This document shows positions 30,490 through 42,796 of a DNA stretch of 62,668 bases, piece by piece (the stretch's first letter is position 1; each line of letters opens with the position of its first letter). Below the pieces are notes generated by a model. The model searched no databases. It worked only from the letters and a program-made list of their open reading frames with translations, and was not told where the DNA came from. The position numbers were made by a program, and so were the translations under genes. The DNA lies in assembly GCA_002256025.1 (NCBI GenBank), contig NKIB01013201.1:1-62668 (forward strand), given 5' to 3'. This DNA comes from Asterionella formosa (taxonomy: Eukaryota).

Positions 30490-31370
30490 TCTACCGTACA
30501 CAGGAAAATAATAGATTTCAAGGTCAAAAGTTATGCACCAAAACCAGGTTGACCTTGTATTGGCTGGCTTAGACATTTGGGTTGCAAATCCGTGCTCTCG
30601 CCCATAGGCTCTTTTTCCAATACCAGGTAATCTCCAATGTGACACTCGAATACAAGGTATGGATAGTTTTTCAGAAATAGGGTTTAGTGTCCATTACAAG
30701 GTTTACCTTGTATTGGTTTTGCTATTTCCGCATCCACCTTGTATTTGTAAACCAATCAAATCATCAATTCAATTTAAGGTAAACCTTGTTTCGGACATGC
30801 CCATACATGGTGGACCTTGATTTGCACCCAATTACTATTCATTGTTTGCAAAACCCATAACAGTTTAAGGATTATCCTTTTCAGGTTAAAATATTGAACT
30901 ATAAGTAATATCTATAATGCCTACAAAATGTCATCACCTTGTATTGGATATTATTACATATTGTCACCTTTTATTGGAACTCATGACCTTGTATTTTTGG
31001 GACATGACAGCATAGTACTGCCCAGGGGGGATCACCTTGAATTGCAAAATATCATCACCCTGTATTGGAACATAAGACCTCCAAGTAATGGAATGATATG
31101 TTTTTCTGCCAAAACTCAATGTGGCAACCTTGAATTGCAAAATACAGTCACCTTCTTGTATTGGGAAATAAACAAAGCCCAACAATATGGGGAAAACTTT
31201 TTTGTGTTGGGTAATATTTGCATGTTTGGAACACCCTGACTTGGAGTGATACCCGGAGTTATTTTCATCTTTGATTAGACTTGATGTACCAGATACTGGC
31301 CTTTTGCCAATTCAAGATTAACCTTGTATCGGAACATATAACCTTATAATGGAGAATTTCACCCGTACAT
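30490..31370. repeat. CpG-poor element with many degenerate ACCTTGTATTG / ACCTTGAATTG motifs (non-autonomous transposon-like)
   Basis: More than ten imperfect copies, some inverted (TACAAGGT), plus two longer 'accttgaattgcaaaata' units near 31035 and 31127. Confidence 0.5.
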
Positions 31371-32379
31371 GTTGTGACTAACTCCTGCCCAGTACCGGAA
31401 AAGGTCGGTACATCATATGTAGGGGAGTACCGGTACATTTTCTGAGCGATTGTAACAGGTACATACGTATGAATGATGTTACATTTTGTCATCGCTCACG
31501 ATTCGTTTCTTCTCGTTGGTGTTGTGACAACGACAAACTTAACAAAAGCCCCAGCATGATGCAAATCAAATATTTTCGGACAAATTCTTGTATTTTCATG
31601 TGGCCGTGGCTCTTCTTGGCGGCAGCTGGTACCAGGTACCAGGTACCGGTACTTTCCTCTCCAAGAAGGAGAGGCCAGCGCGTCAGTTGCTAACCCAATC
31701 CTGTGTGTGTAAAAACATATGAATAAAATAATGATTATACCGGTAACGCACAGCATATTCTGAGATGCTGTTATGTATATACATATATGTATACAATTAA
31801 TGATAGGATTTCACACGATTAACCCCATAACACTACCTCACTTTCTCGTATCAAAATCAATACATAATAAATTTACGTAGACCGTACGCAGTACTTGTTG
31901 AACTAGCTACGACGTCTGAAACTGTATGTATGGTATTGGTGCGCGCCGCAATTTCATCGCTCTCCGCCCGATCAAGACGCACAAACATCGACCATCACAG
32001 CATTATGACTCGATTATCCTACAGTACATTTCTTGTGCACCTGTATGTAGTGCTGATGTATTACATAGCAAAAGCAACGAATTCTACCCTGGCTAGATCA
32101 TGAAACAGTAGACTACCGGTATATCTGGAATTTATAGGAACCATCGATGCAACAGATCTCACTCGGTCACAAAAAGTTCAAGCAACAGTCTTATTCCGAA
32201 GTTGATCTTGATCGTGATCATCTGTTTTACATTATTATCTTAGCTCTATCTCTCATACCGAGCAAAGTGAAAGACCAAGACTCAAGTCTTTACTCTCCTT
32301 CGGCTCAACCAGACGATCTGTTTGTTCGCACAATTTATTGGAAAGCAAATCAAGTTCTCCCCACGTGAAATCAAGCGCC

Positions 32380-35300
32380 ATGACTGACGACACTCCCGAT
32401 ACCAACGACGCTCCCGCAGTCGATGTTGAGACCGGAGTCCAGCCAGCTTCAACGGAAAATGATAAGGCCAATGAAGATCCTGCTACCGCTACTCCTGCGA
32501 TAATGTCCCTGGAGGAGCCCTACTTGACTGTCGACGAGATTGCTGCGCGTAATCTCCTGAGCAACATTAATGTCTCTGACATTGAGAAGAGTGGTGGCCT
32601 GCCATCCGAAGAAGCCGCGGAGAGGCTGAAGCAATATGGGAAGAATGTGTTGACTCCTCCACCCAAAATGCCAGAATGGAAACGTTTCTTGTTGCAGTTC
32701 AAGAACTTGTTCATGGTGTTGCTCAATACCTGCGGTGTTTTGTCCTTGATTGCTTTTCTCCTTCAGACAGACAAAGCAGACATGACAAACTTGTACTTGG
32801 CGATTGTACTCTTTCTGGTTGTCTTCCTTACCTGCTACTTGCAGTTTCACGAAGAAGGAAAGGCTTACAAGGTCATGGAATCCTTCTCCAAAATGTTGGC
32901 TGTTTCGTCAACTGTCTTTCGCGATGGGAAGCAACAGGAAATTCCTGTTTCCGAATTGGTCATTGGAGATCTCGTCCTCATCAAGGACGGAGACAAGGTT
33001 CCAGCTGATTTGGTATTGTTGTTGTGTCGTGGCTTGAAAGCTGAGTGCTCGTCACTGACGGGAGAGTCGGAGCCAATCTCATGCAATGATCATGTGTCCC
33101 CCAAAGAAACTCGAATGTTCGAATGCAAGAACGTGGCTTTCAGCAGTTCCTTGTGCTTTGATGGCATGGCTATTGGTATTGTGGTTCGAACTGGAGACAA
33201 CACGGTAAGTGAAACCTCTGTTTTGCTCTCGTCTGTTTCAATTCATGGAATGGAATATTCACCAACCGCCCTTCACCACAATCGTTATAGGCGATTGGTG
33301 CTATTGCCGAAATGGCATCTGGTACGGGATTGCGAGAGTCGACTTTACAAAAGGAAATTCGAAGGTTTGTGATGATGATCGCCTGCATTGCAGTCACCAT
33401 GGCAACGGCATTTTTCATCGCTGGGGTTTTCTTGAGTGGGGCCAAGACATCCAACGAAATCATTACCGTTTTCATCAACGGGTTTCTTGTCATTATCGTC
33501 GCCAACACTCCACAAGGTTTGCCTGCAACTGTGACCTCCTTACTCTCGTTGGCGGCTAGAAATATGGCGAAACGGTCAGTTCTCGTGAAGCGCATCGACT
33601 GCGTTGAGACATTGGGATCCACCTCTCTCATTTGCTCTGACAAAACGGGAACCCTCACTACCAATGAAATGACTGTGACGGATATTTGGTGTGATAGGAA
33701 GCGCCATTTGCGTGGGAAGACGACCGAAGGCGACATTATGCACTCGATGCAAGTCCATGCAGTCCTACTTCGTACTGCTACTCTTTGTAACAGAGGGGTA
33801 AGCATCTCATCTGAGGAGCAAGAGGCCGCTCGCGAAGCTTCTCGCAAGCAATTTAAGAATCGCACATCGAACGTATCAAGACTTGCATGGGGTTCCAGCA
33901 TTCCAGGTTCCATCTTGCATTTCCCGGCCAATGTCAGGATGTTTAGTGGCAATCCCTCTGATGTTGCATTGTTGACATATGCTGAACGCCTCGCCTCCAC
34001 ACGCCAACTACGAAAAGATTACCCAATTTTGTTTGAGATCCCTTTCAACAGCAAGAATAAATGGCAATTGGTTATTGTCAAGTCCATTGGGGAAGGACAG
34101 CGTGATGCTGATGAAGTTGAATACGAAGTACTTATGAAAGGAGCTCCTGAAGTGATACTTCAACGTTGCAATACTTACGCGTCTACTACTGGAGACAAGC
34201 ATCAATCGCCGATCGATGAAGGGTTCAAGACAAGCTTCACGGATACCTACGAGAACTTTGCTGCTGGAGGCAAGCGCGTCTTGGCTTTGTGCTCACGCCG
34301 GTTCCGCGCAGCAAAACGTTTTGAGTTTGAGGAGGACGAAGAAGGTAATTTCAACTTTCCCACGAGCGACCTTAACTTTGTTGGTTTAGTCGGTATCATG
34401 GATCCGCCCCGTGATGCTGTTCCGGACGCCATTTCGAAATGCCATCAGGCCGGTGTGAAGGTTTTCATGGTGACTGGCGATCATCCCCTCACTGGAAAAT
34501 CGATTGCTGTGCAAATTGGTTTGTTGACGAACACCAACAACATTGAGCTACTTGAGAATAAAACAACTCAAGGAGATTGGTCGACGTACGATGGAGCAGT
34601 AATTCATGGATGTCGAATTGGAGACCTGACTGATGAACAATGGACAACGATTGTTGGTAAATCTGGAGTTGTTTTCGCTCGTACTACTCCTGCGCATAAG
34701 CTCGAAATTGTTAAAAGGTGCCAGGGGATGGGTTTCGTTGTCGCGGTAACTGGAGATGGTGTCAACGATGCTCCTGCTTTAAAGCAGGCGGATGTGGGTA
34801 TCGCGATGGGCTTGAACGGGTCCGATGTAGCTCAAGAGTCCGCCGATATCGTTCTGATGGATGACAACTTTGCCTCCATCGTAAATGGTATCGAGGAGGG
34901 TCGCATTATCTTTGACAACATCAAGAAGACGATTGCCTACACCATGGCGCACATCCTTCCGGAAGTTTTGTCTGCTGCATTGAAGTTGCTGGCACTCTTG
35001 CCCCTTGGACTCACAGCCATGCAGGTCCTGACGATTGATCTAGGGACAGAAATGGGACCGGCTATTTCCTTGGCATATGAGAAAGCAGAGTCTGATATAA
35101 TGCTCAGAAAGCCTCGCGATCCATTGAAGGATAGGCTTGTGTCCCCTGCGCTCTTGTTTTATTCATATATGATGGCAGGAGGTTTTTTGTCCATTGCCTC
35201 GTTTTTGGCTTACATGTTTATCTATGCTCAGCACAACATCTACTTGAGTGATTTTCCAATTGATGACCCGTCAACGGGAAGGCCAGGAGATTATTTTTCT

Positions 35301-35702
35301 TTGACATCATCAGAGACTGTGACGATTGCTCGCACTGGAGAGGAATTCACCGCTGATGAGCAGCGCAATATTTTCTCGCAGGGAGTTACATCATTTTATA
35401 TCGCCTTAACAGTTTCTCAATTCTTTCACATTTGGGTTTGCAAGACACGTACCAATTCCATTTTCGTCCATGGGTTCGGCAACAAGTTGACGTATTATGG
35501 TGTTTTGGTTGGGTTCGTGTTGGTCATATTGTTCTCTTATGTTCCTGGAATCCATGCATTTGTTGGATCCGCAGTTGTCAACTGGACGCCATGGGCAGTG
35601 ACACCAGTGGCTGGAGCAGTCCTTTGGATCTACAGTGAAGGAACAAAATTGTTCTACCGTCGTTACCCGAATCATTTTCTAACCAAGACTTTTGCGTGGT
35701 AG
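32380..35702 (+). CDS. P-type cation ATPase, P2C (Na+/K+, H+/K+)-like alpha subunit; intron 33205-33290
   Basis: 'SSLTGESEP', 'ICSDKTGTLT', 'MKGAPE', 'DPPR', 'MVTGDHP', 'TGDGVNDAPALK', 'IDLGTEMGPAISLAYE'. The intron joins 'RTGDNT|AIGAIA'. Confidence 0.93.
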
Positions 35703-36358
35703 ATGTATGGCCGCAGGAATCGTGTTTTCATCACAATAGTTCAGTTTTTTGCATGAAACAAGAGAAGAACAGCAAGTCAAATCTTGTCTCTAACGTAGGT
35801 AATTAGTTTTGGTTTATCTTTGCACTTTGCTCCACTTTATGTGTATGTATCTGCAATATTAGGTCGCTGCTACTTTCTTGTTATTGTGGGCAGAAATAAG
35901 TGACGAAAGGTCATGAGATAATTGAAGAATTAAGTAACTGAAAACTCTCGCCTTGATTGCCATTAAGGAATTGGGAGTGGCATAACTAAATACTGCATTT
36001 GGTTGTCGAACGATGCCATGGATTTTTGTATGCATTGTCCAACACGCTTCTCAACATGTATGCAGCAATTATATGGTTATTTAGAGATTTTAATATATTT
36101 CGTTGTGTAATAGGGTACTATATTAAACCAAGTTACGTCTAAGAGGTAAAAAGGTGATTGGATGCTGTATTGTGCATCCAGATTAAAGTATGTGTTTGTA
36201 ATTAACAGCCTCGTTGTGTAACTATCAATCGTTTTTACCTAAATTGGTACGAAATGTACCATGGGATGATGGAACTTGTAATTTTACTTCGTTGGAACAG
36301 CCTTTCTCTCTCTCTCTCTCCGCTATTGCTGATAGGCATTAATTGTATTGATTGCCAA

Positions 36359-37204
36359 TCATGTTGCAGCACTCGTTTTGTCAATCACTAATTCTCCATA
36401 TGCGGAATGTAAACAAACTTTGGATGACGATGGTGTCGACGCTGAGTTTGGATCAAGCCAAATCTTGCAAGAATTAAAGGGTGGGCAGTATAAATGCAGA
36501 GTCACAGCTGGGACTGTTTTGGACGGATTTGCGATCATGTGGTATCCCATGAAATCGGCAATGTACGCCATTTGGGATTCTTGAAAACGAACAAGTGATG
36601 AGAAATATTGTATGTTAGTTAAATGCCGAAATAATCAGAAACACAAGTATATGCACTGCACGTTGCAATTTTTATAAGAATTTACCTTGATAAAATTCAT
36701 CCGAGATACACTCCATCGCATCTGTCTCATGATTTGTTCTAAATCGACGCTCTTGGACTGTCCCTTGCAGGACACGCATCCAGCAGCCATCGCATGGATG
36801 ATCATGAATGGGCGAGGCTCGTCCTGGGTTCCAACACAAGAGCAACAAGGTGTACCGCGTGCCGTCGGTAGCAACTAAATTGCGAGTATAGTTCTTTGTC
36901 TCGTCGTGGTGAGCGTATTGTTGCCAATTGTTGGTGACTGGATCTAACGAGAGGCGGCTGCGAAGAAACGGAGTTGAGTCATTCAGTATTCCAAGCGACG
37001 AAGCCGACACTTAGCTTCTTCTTACCAGAATAGGTCAGCCACAGGATCTATTTGGTCTTGTTCTGGTGTCAGAGATCCTTTGCTGGCGCGAGTTCCGTCG
37101 ATGATTGCTGGGAGCTCTCGCAGAAAGTCTTGAAGAGTGATCTTGTTCTCCCGATTGCTATCATCGAGCCATCCGAAGATTGTCCTTGGAGAAGTGGAGA
37201 ACAT
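36359..37204 (-). CDS. CDO1: Cysteine dioxygenase type I; exons 37204-37026, 36957-36686, 36579-36359
   Basis: 'YTRNLV', 'LLLLCWNPG', 'SPIHDHPCDGCWM', 'GYH', 'VTLHLYCPPF': the three iron-binding His and the Cys/Tyr crosslink positions are present. Two GT-AG introns (36958-37025, 36580-36685) restore the frame. Confidence 0.9.
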
Positions 37205-37578
37205 GCTTTTGAAGTGATGGGAGATGTTTCGTTTGTAATTACAATAAAGTCATTGACCGTTGGGGAATTAGGAGAACTATGTTGATAATGGAAACAACAC
37301 CACAAACACAGAACATCAACAGATTTTTGCAATTCTTCAGAACAAATAATGGGAAACAAGACTGGAGGCAGACGTCGTCAATGCCAAGATTCGGAACAGT
37401 ACATACCGTACTTAGGTACCTGGTACCAGGTATTAATTAGAGCTCGGAGTATAACCCATTTATATCAAACATCAGGAAAAAATAAGGAAACGACGGTATT
37501 GTCCAGCACTCGGAGTACCGGTACCAGGTACCAGGTACTACCACCTGTTCATGTACTGTATACCGGCGGTACTGGTAC

Positions 37579-37623
37579 CAGCAAGTTGCGGTCATTTTGC
37601 TTAAACTAACATTTTAATATGGG
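37579..37623. mobile_element. Half copy of the ~90-bp MITE
   Basis: 'cagcaagttgcggtcattttgcttaaactaacattttaatatggg' is close to the reverse complement of the right arm of the 59203-59292 copy. Confidence 0.75.
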
Positions 37624-39125
37624 CTGGTACCAGGTGCCTTTTTTGATATACCGGTATACTATACTAACTACCAGGTACCATGATGGAATTTGTGAGATGG
37701 AATTGGAATTACCGGTACAGTACCGTTATATTGGTATCACTCGAATTTTGGAGAGATACGCCACTACCGATACGCAGATTTGGCTGGTGATGCCTACCGG
37801 TACATGTGTATATTGGTTTTTAATATGCTGTGCATGTAGATTAATTTTTTTCATTTTTACCATAGAGCAAAATGGAACTATAAGAATATATATTAATCAG
37901 TAGCGCATTCTTACTATTCTATTTCTAGAGTTGCTGTCATTGCGCTCCATGGCCCATTTAAGGTGGGGCGGTGGAAAGGGTTGGTTGGAAGTCACTTCCT
38001 CATGTGGAAGTAGTTTAAAAAAATTGTGGCAGCTTTGTTCTTGGTTCAGTTCTCTATGACTGCCCTTTTTGTGTCAGCCAGAGAATAGGATGGTGAGTGT
38101 GGATTGGGTTCAAGATTTCTCATTTTGCCCCAATACTGGTGATTCAATTTGAAGTCTCCATAACAATTGGTGATTCCAGGGCTTCCACCTCATTGTTTTT
38201 TGTCATTGTCTTCATTATCACAAAAATTATTGCTTTGAGCAGCCCATCCAGCTCAGGTGCAATGTATTCATCAGTGACTTCTTCATTTCTCTGTCTTCTT
38301 CTTTACTCTTGTTAATGTTTGGCATATCGCAATTTTTGTATTCTTCTGCTTCTTGCAATATAATAGCACTCAGTGTAGTGAAAGAGCGAGTTATTAAGCT
38401 TCTTCATTCCTTTTCTCTTGTTACTGTCTTTGCCTGCTTCTTCTTCTGTGTGCATTGCGTCAATTCCATTGCTGTGAATTTCCCAATTATGTGTAATATT
38501 TGTGGAAAACGCCAAATCAACATCCATGCAATCGCTGGTTTTCACTGCTCCTGCATGTTTGCTTTTCCATCTCCTCCCCTTTCTGCATTCTCTTTCTGTC
38601 GGATTTCGTTACCATCTGTCCCACTTGTATGAGTTTTTTTCTTTGCCTGGTTGGCCGCTTGGATAGCGCCTTTTGTCATGGTGAATCAGTTGGATTTTAG
38701 GATTTATTAACTATTGGGACCTGGAGGTCCCTATAGCATATGTACCACTAGATTCTGTGATCAGCGCTGTAGTATTGTAGTAGTCTTTCTTAAACTCGCC
38801 TTTATACTTGGCAAAAAAGTGGAATTATTATTTTCTAGATTATAGTACATGGTAGTCTACCACCTCATAGTCTAGATGGCGCCCCTGTTCACCCCAACAA
38901 CAAATGCAACCATCAAGGGGTCCACAATGTGTACCTAAGAACACTTGTTAACTACTGTCCATCAACATGACTGAGGAGACTTCTGTTAGCCCTGTGCAAA
39001 GTCCATTGGTGAAAAAAGTAAATGTGATATGATCATGAAACTTCTGGTAGCCCTACCCTGTGCATACTCCATCAGTGAGAGCATATGATATCATTACTCT
39101 TTGACCCACCATAACACTTATCTAC

Positions 39126-41015
39126 TTATTTCTTCTGCTTAGCCTTATTCTTTTTGATTGCTCGTTTCTTGTCCTTCTTTTTGAGTTTTTCCTTACGCTT
39201 TTCATTGTTCTCTCCCTTGACCAAGAGTTTGTTTGCCTTTCGCTCCTTCTTTCTTGACTCTCTCTCAGCAGCCAGCTCCTCGTGAGTTCGCGCCCTCTTG
39301 ATGTACGGCTCAATGTCGCTGTCATCATCATAATCATCATCGTCACTATCACTGTTGTCACTACATTCATCCTTATCGGAAATTTCGTCATCATTGTCGA
39401 TGAGATTGGCACCCTGATGCTCATCAATAATAGAAAAATGCACTCCCTTTGGCTCAGTTGTCTGATCCTTGTCTGTTTTCAAGATGGACTGCACTGAATT
39501 GTCGCCACTCTTCCTTGCAACAGCATCAACCACTTGCTTATTGCCTGTCAATGCTGCAACTGCATGTGCATATGTTTCTTCCACGTCGCCATCTTCAATC
39601 TTTTGAATGTCGTAATCCGCTACTTGATTCAATGAGCGAGGCAAGAATTGACTCATGAAAACGGCTTCATTTACAGATTCCTGTTGAACAGCCGCTCGTC
39701 GCGCTTGCTCTGTCGACTCCGTCATTTCGATCTCTGTCTTATCCACATGATTCATAATCTTGTCCAAACATGCCATTTCTGCTTCGGGACTATCATCTTC
39801 TAAAGGTGTGGTGACAAATTCAAATAATTGCCTGGTTGTCATAACATTCAATCCACCCGTCTTTTGGAAGAATGAATTGACGTTGGAAGCATCCATTCTC
39901 AAAAAGTCCAAGGCTGATGGATGATCTGTCTCTACACTTTGTGAAACATCAATGACATAGACTTCATTGTTGTGCCACAGCATATTGTATTCACTCAAAT
40001 CACCATGAACCAACCGGCATCTTTGGTACATTCGCCTCATAATCATGACTGTTTGGACATAGGCTTCACGAATACGCCTCTCGGACAAGACGGCATCCTT
40101 GAGCCTAGGTGATGGCCACCCATTGGTACCAAGAAACTCCATTACGAGAACATGTGACTTGAGAACAATTGGAACGGGGCACGGAATGCCAGCTGTATGG
40201 ATTCGTCGATAATTTCTCATTTCCTTTTCGGCCCAGACTTTGACCATCTTTCTTGGATTCGATTTGCAGTAGCCTCGTCGCCACCGATGTTCCCCGGAAA
40301 CATACTTGTCTCTATCCTTGAATACAAGAATGGATGTCTTGTAAATCTTAATGGCATACTCAGTAACATTTGCTGCAGCTTCTGGCAACGCCGCTCCCTT
40401 TCCCCCAGCTTTTGCATAATAGACATTAGCTTCTTTTCCAGTCGACAGGCAGCCATCAATAAGCTCCAAGAATCCAGAGCTCAATAATCTAAAGAGCAGT
40501 AAGCGTGTTCTTGGATCCAAACATTGTTCTGACGTGGCTCGATCGTCGCGGCCCGTGTGCGATATCTTCTTGGAATGCTCCAGATGTTCCATCTTGGTGA
40601 CCGAGTTGCTGACAGCATGGGACAAATTCATTTTCTTTTCTGATATACCACCTATTTTTGCGCCTCCCAAAGACACGGACCCGCCAGTTAGTTCATCTTC
40701 CATATCTTCATACTGCTCGTCCTCGTAAAAGTCCTCATCGTCGGAATAGTGGCACTCCGGTTGCGGCTCCGAATTCGTTTTCTCTTGCCGAATCGGCTCT
40801 TTCGTTTGTGGCACAACAAGCAAACTTTTCTTTTCAACAATTAGTTGGGGGGTTTGCTTCGTTTGCTGCTGCTGTTGGTCCACTACTACAGAAGGCGGGG
40901 CAACAGTAGGTTCAACCACAGAGAGTCGAAACTGCACCAACTGAATGAAGTCATCCTCTTCGTCGGCGTCGTCGAATTGACCTGATACTATAGCTGCTGA
41001 AGCTACAGACATCAT
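39126..41015 (-). CDS. RIO1: Serine/threonine kinase RIO1 (40S ribosome biogenesis)
   Basis: 'STGKEANVYYA', 'AIKIYKTSILVFKDRDKYVSGE', 'WAEKEMRN', 'LVHGDLSEYN', 'IDVSQSVE', and a Lys-rich tail. Confidence 0.95.
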   Translation of the reverse strand: MMSVASAAIVSGQFDDADEEDDFIQLVQFRLSVVEPTVAPPSVVVDQQQQQTKQTPQLIVEKKSLLVVPQTKEPIRQEKTNSEPQPECHYSDDEDFYEDEQYEDMEDELTGGSVSLGGAKIGGISEKKMNLSHAVSNSVTKMEHLEHSKKISHTGRDDRATSEQCLDPRTRLLLFRLLSSGFLELIDGCLSTGKEANVYYAKAGGKGAALPEAAANVTEYAIKIYKTSILVFKDRDKYVSGEHRWRRGYCKSNPRKMVKVWAEKEMRNYRRIHTAGIPCPVPIVLKSHVLVMEFLGTNGWPSPRLKDAVLSERRIREAYVQTVMIMRRMYQRCRLVHGDLSEYNMLWHNNEVYVIDVSQSVETDHPSALDFLRMDASNVNSFFQKTGGLNVMTTRQLFEFVTTPLEDDSPEAEMACLDKIMNHVDKTEIEMTESTEQARRAAVQQESVNEAVFMSQFLPRSLNQVADYDIQKIEDGDVEETYAHAVAALTGNKQVVDAVARKSGDNSVQSILKTDKDQTTEPKGVHFSIIDEHQGANLIDNDDEISDKDECSDNSDSDDDDYDDDSDIEPYIKRARTHEELAAERESRKKERKANKLLVKGENNEKRKEKLKKKDKKRAIKKNKAKQKK

Positions 41016-41159
41016 GATGATAAGGCTTGCTTAAACGATACTAGATGGTGGAGATACACGGTGTTGATCGACAATAATTTGCACTGGACGGGTGGGTGGG
41101 GGGGTTGAAAGAACAATCACTTTGTTGGTTGTGCTATCATCATATTATAGCATTTTGCC

Positions 41160-42145
41160 ATGTACCGGTATACCGGGTATATATACCGATCGTCATGGTG
41201 GTTGATTGCAGAATACTACTGGTACTCCGGAGTACCAGGGGTACCACGTACCTGTACTAGCTGTAGCCAATATTACATGTTCTGTAGTACCGGTAGTGTC
41301 GTGTCTTTCGTTTTGGTGGTCATTAGCGAGCGAGCGAAATGTGATGCCTGATGCGTGAGACGATGCGTGATTGTGGTCTATGAACTACGCGGTACTCGGA
41401 GTACCAGATAAGACCAGCAAGTTGAGGCGGTAATTGTGCTGAAGCTAAAAATCAGGCTATCTTTATCCCATATTAGATTGTTATGTAAGCGAAATGAACG
41501 CAACTTGGAGTTACCGGGACGACTGATAAGTAGTGAACCAGTAATCCAAAGTACAGACTGTGGGCAAGAGTAGACTACCTGGTACCAGGTACTGGTACCT
41601 GGTACCACAGGCCGGAATGGTGCAACAACACATAACCCGACAATTTAGTATGGTGTGGGGCATATGATCACTACCGGTATTATTTACATGTCTACCGGTA
41701 CATGCCATCACAAGCATCTTCGCTTGCTGGCCTCTGTCGTGGTCGTTCTAGCACTGACGAGGGACGATGTGGTCAGGACGAAAATGATGCTACGCAGCAA
41801 CATAGCGGTGCCAAAGCACCAGGTACTAGGTACCTGATACCGTACCATTATTGGCTACCGGTACGTACATTTGGAGTCTGTACTAAAAAATCCTGTAAGC
41901 AAACAAGAATAATGACATGTTTGCTGTCGTACATCTGTCACAATAGTAGCTGCAAGTTCGTTCGAGCGCGTACTACATACAAGTGCTCGTAGCCCTGTTG
42001 CTCCATCAGAGAGCATACAAAAACATGCAACTTGCGGTGTATAAAATCCTGTGGCGGGACTGTATACCGTTAATAGAAGATGGACGACCACACGACCAAG
42101 GGGGAGCGTTGAGGATACGTAGTAAGTACCCTGGTACCTGGTATT
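41160..42145. repeat. (TACCAGG)n/GGTACC arrays in the RIO1-bestrophin divergent region
   Basis: 'tacctggtaccaggtactggtacctggtacc' near 41576, plus several smaller units. Confidence 0.8.
41415..41507. mobile_element. ~90-bp MITE, diverged copy
   Basis: 'cagcaagttgaggcggtaattgtgctgaagctaaaaatc...tctttatccca...gaaatgaacgcaacttg' is colinear with 59203-59292. Confidence 0.75.
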
Positions 42146-42796
42146 CCACAGCAGTTAGCATGAGGTATTTGGTAACAGGTTATTGCTGCCTCTTGCAGTT
42201 CTTGCCCTTTTTACCTTACTACCGGTACTTACTATGCAACCGCAGTGGCGGTGCGTGAGCCATCAACCCCTCTGTGTTTTTGGCGAACAGACAGGTGGAC
42301 AATTTTCAAACTTTACACTGCATGAATCATACACGACCACAAGATACGAGCCCTTGTAGAGTATACTGCAGGTGTGTATCTTGTGACCATTTTTGTTTCA
42401 GTATCGTCCAGCGGGACTGCGACACGTCGCTTATACTACCGCCGTTGGCCACTCCGATCCCAAAGAACCCTACTGTAAGTGATGGCCGACACGGAGTCAA
42501 CTCCGAATCTTCCGATGTCTCACACAAAATAGTCCCGATTTGCGGCCAGCAAGAGATTCGTTTTCCCCACAATTTCAGTCATCCAACGGCGAATCTTTTC
42601 GCCCGGAATCGCTTACCGGTAGATTCGAGTTCGTTGCAATCCTTGCTCGTGCTTTGCGTTCATTCACTGATTCAAATACCAATTGAGAGAGAGAGAGCGA
42701 CCAGGAAAAATTCACAATTCAATTACCACAGAAACCTATCGCTTTGTTCAATCATCATAAAAATCGCTACTTGTGCTCCGCAAATATATCGCTATC

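Noticed and set aside
33170..34000. 276-aa antisense ORF and similar long antisense ORFs (e.g. 11274..11930, 51154..51660)
   Set aside because: They are shadows of well-supported genes on the opposite strand and have no recognisable motifs.
41655..42780. Short ORFs rich in 'VPGT/YQVP/WYQV' in intergenic regions
   Set aside because: These peptides are translations of the GGTACC/TACCAGG arrays, not proteins.
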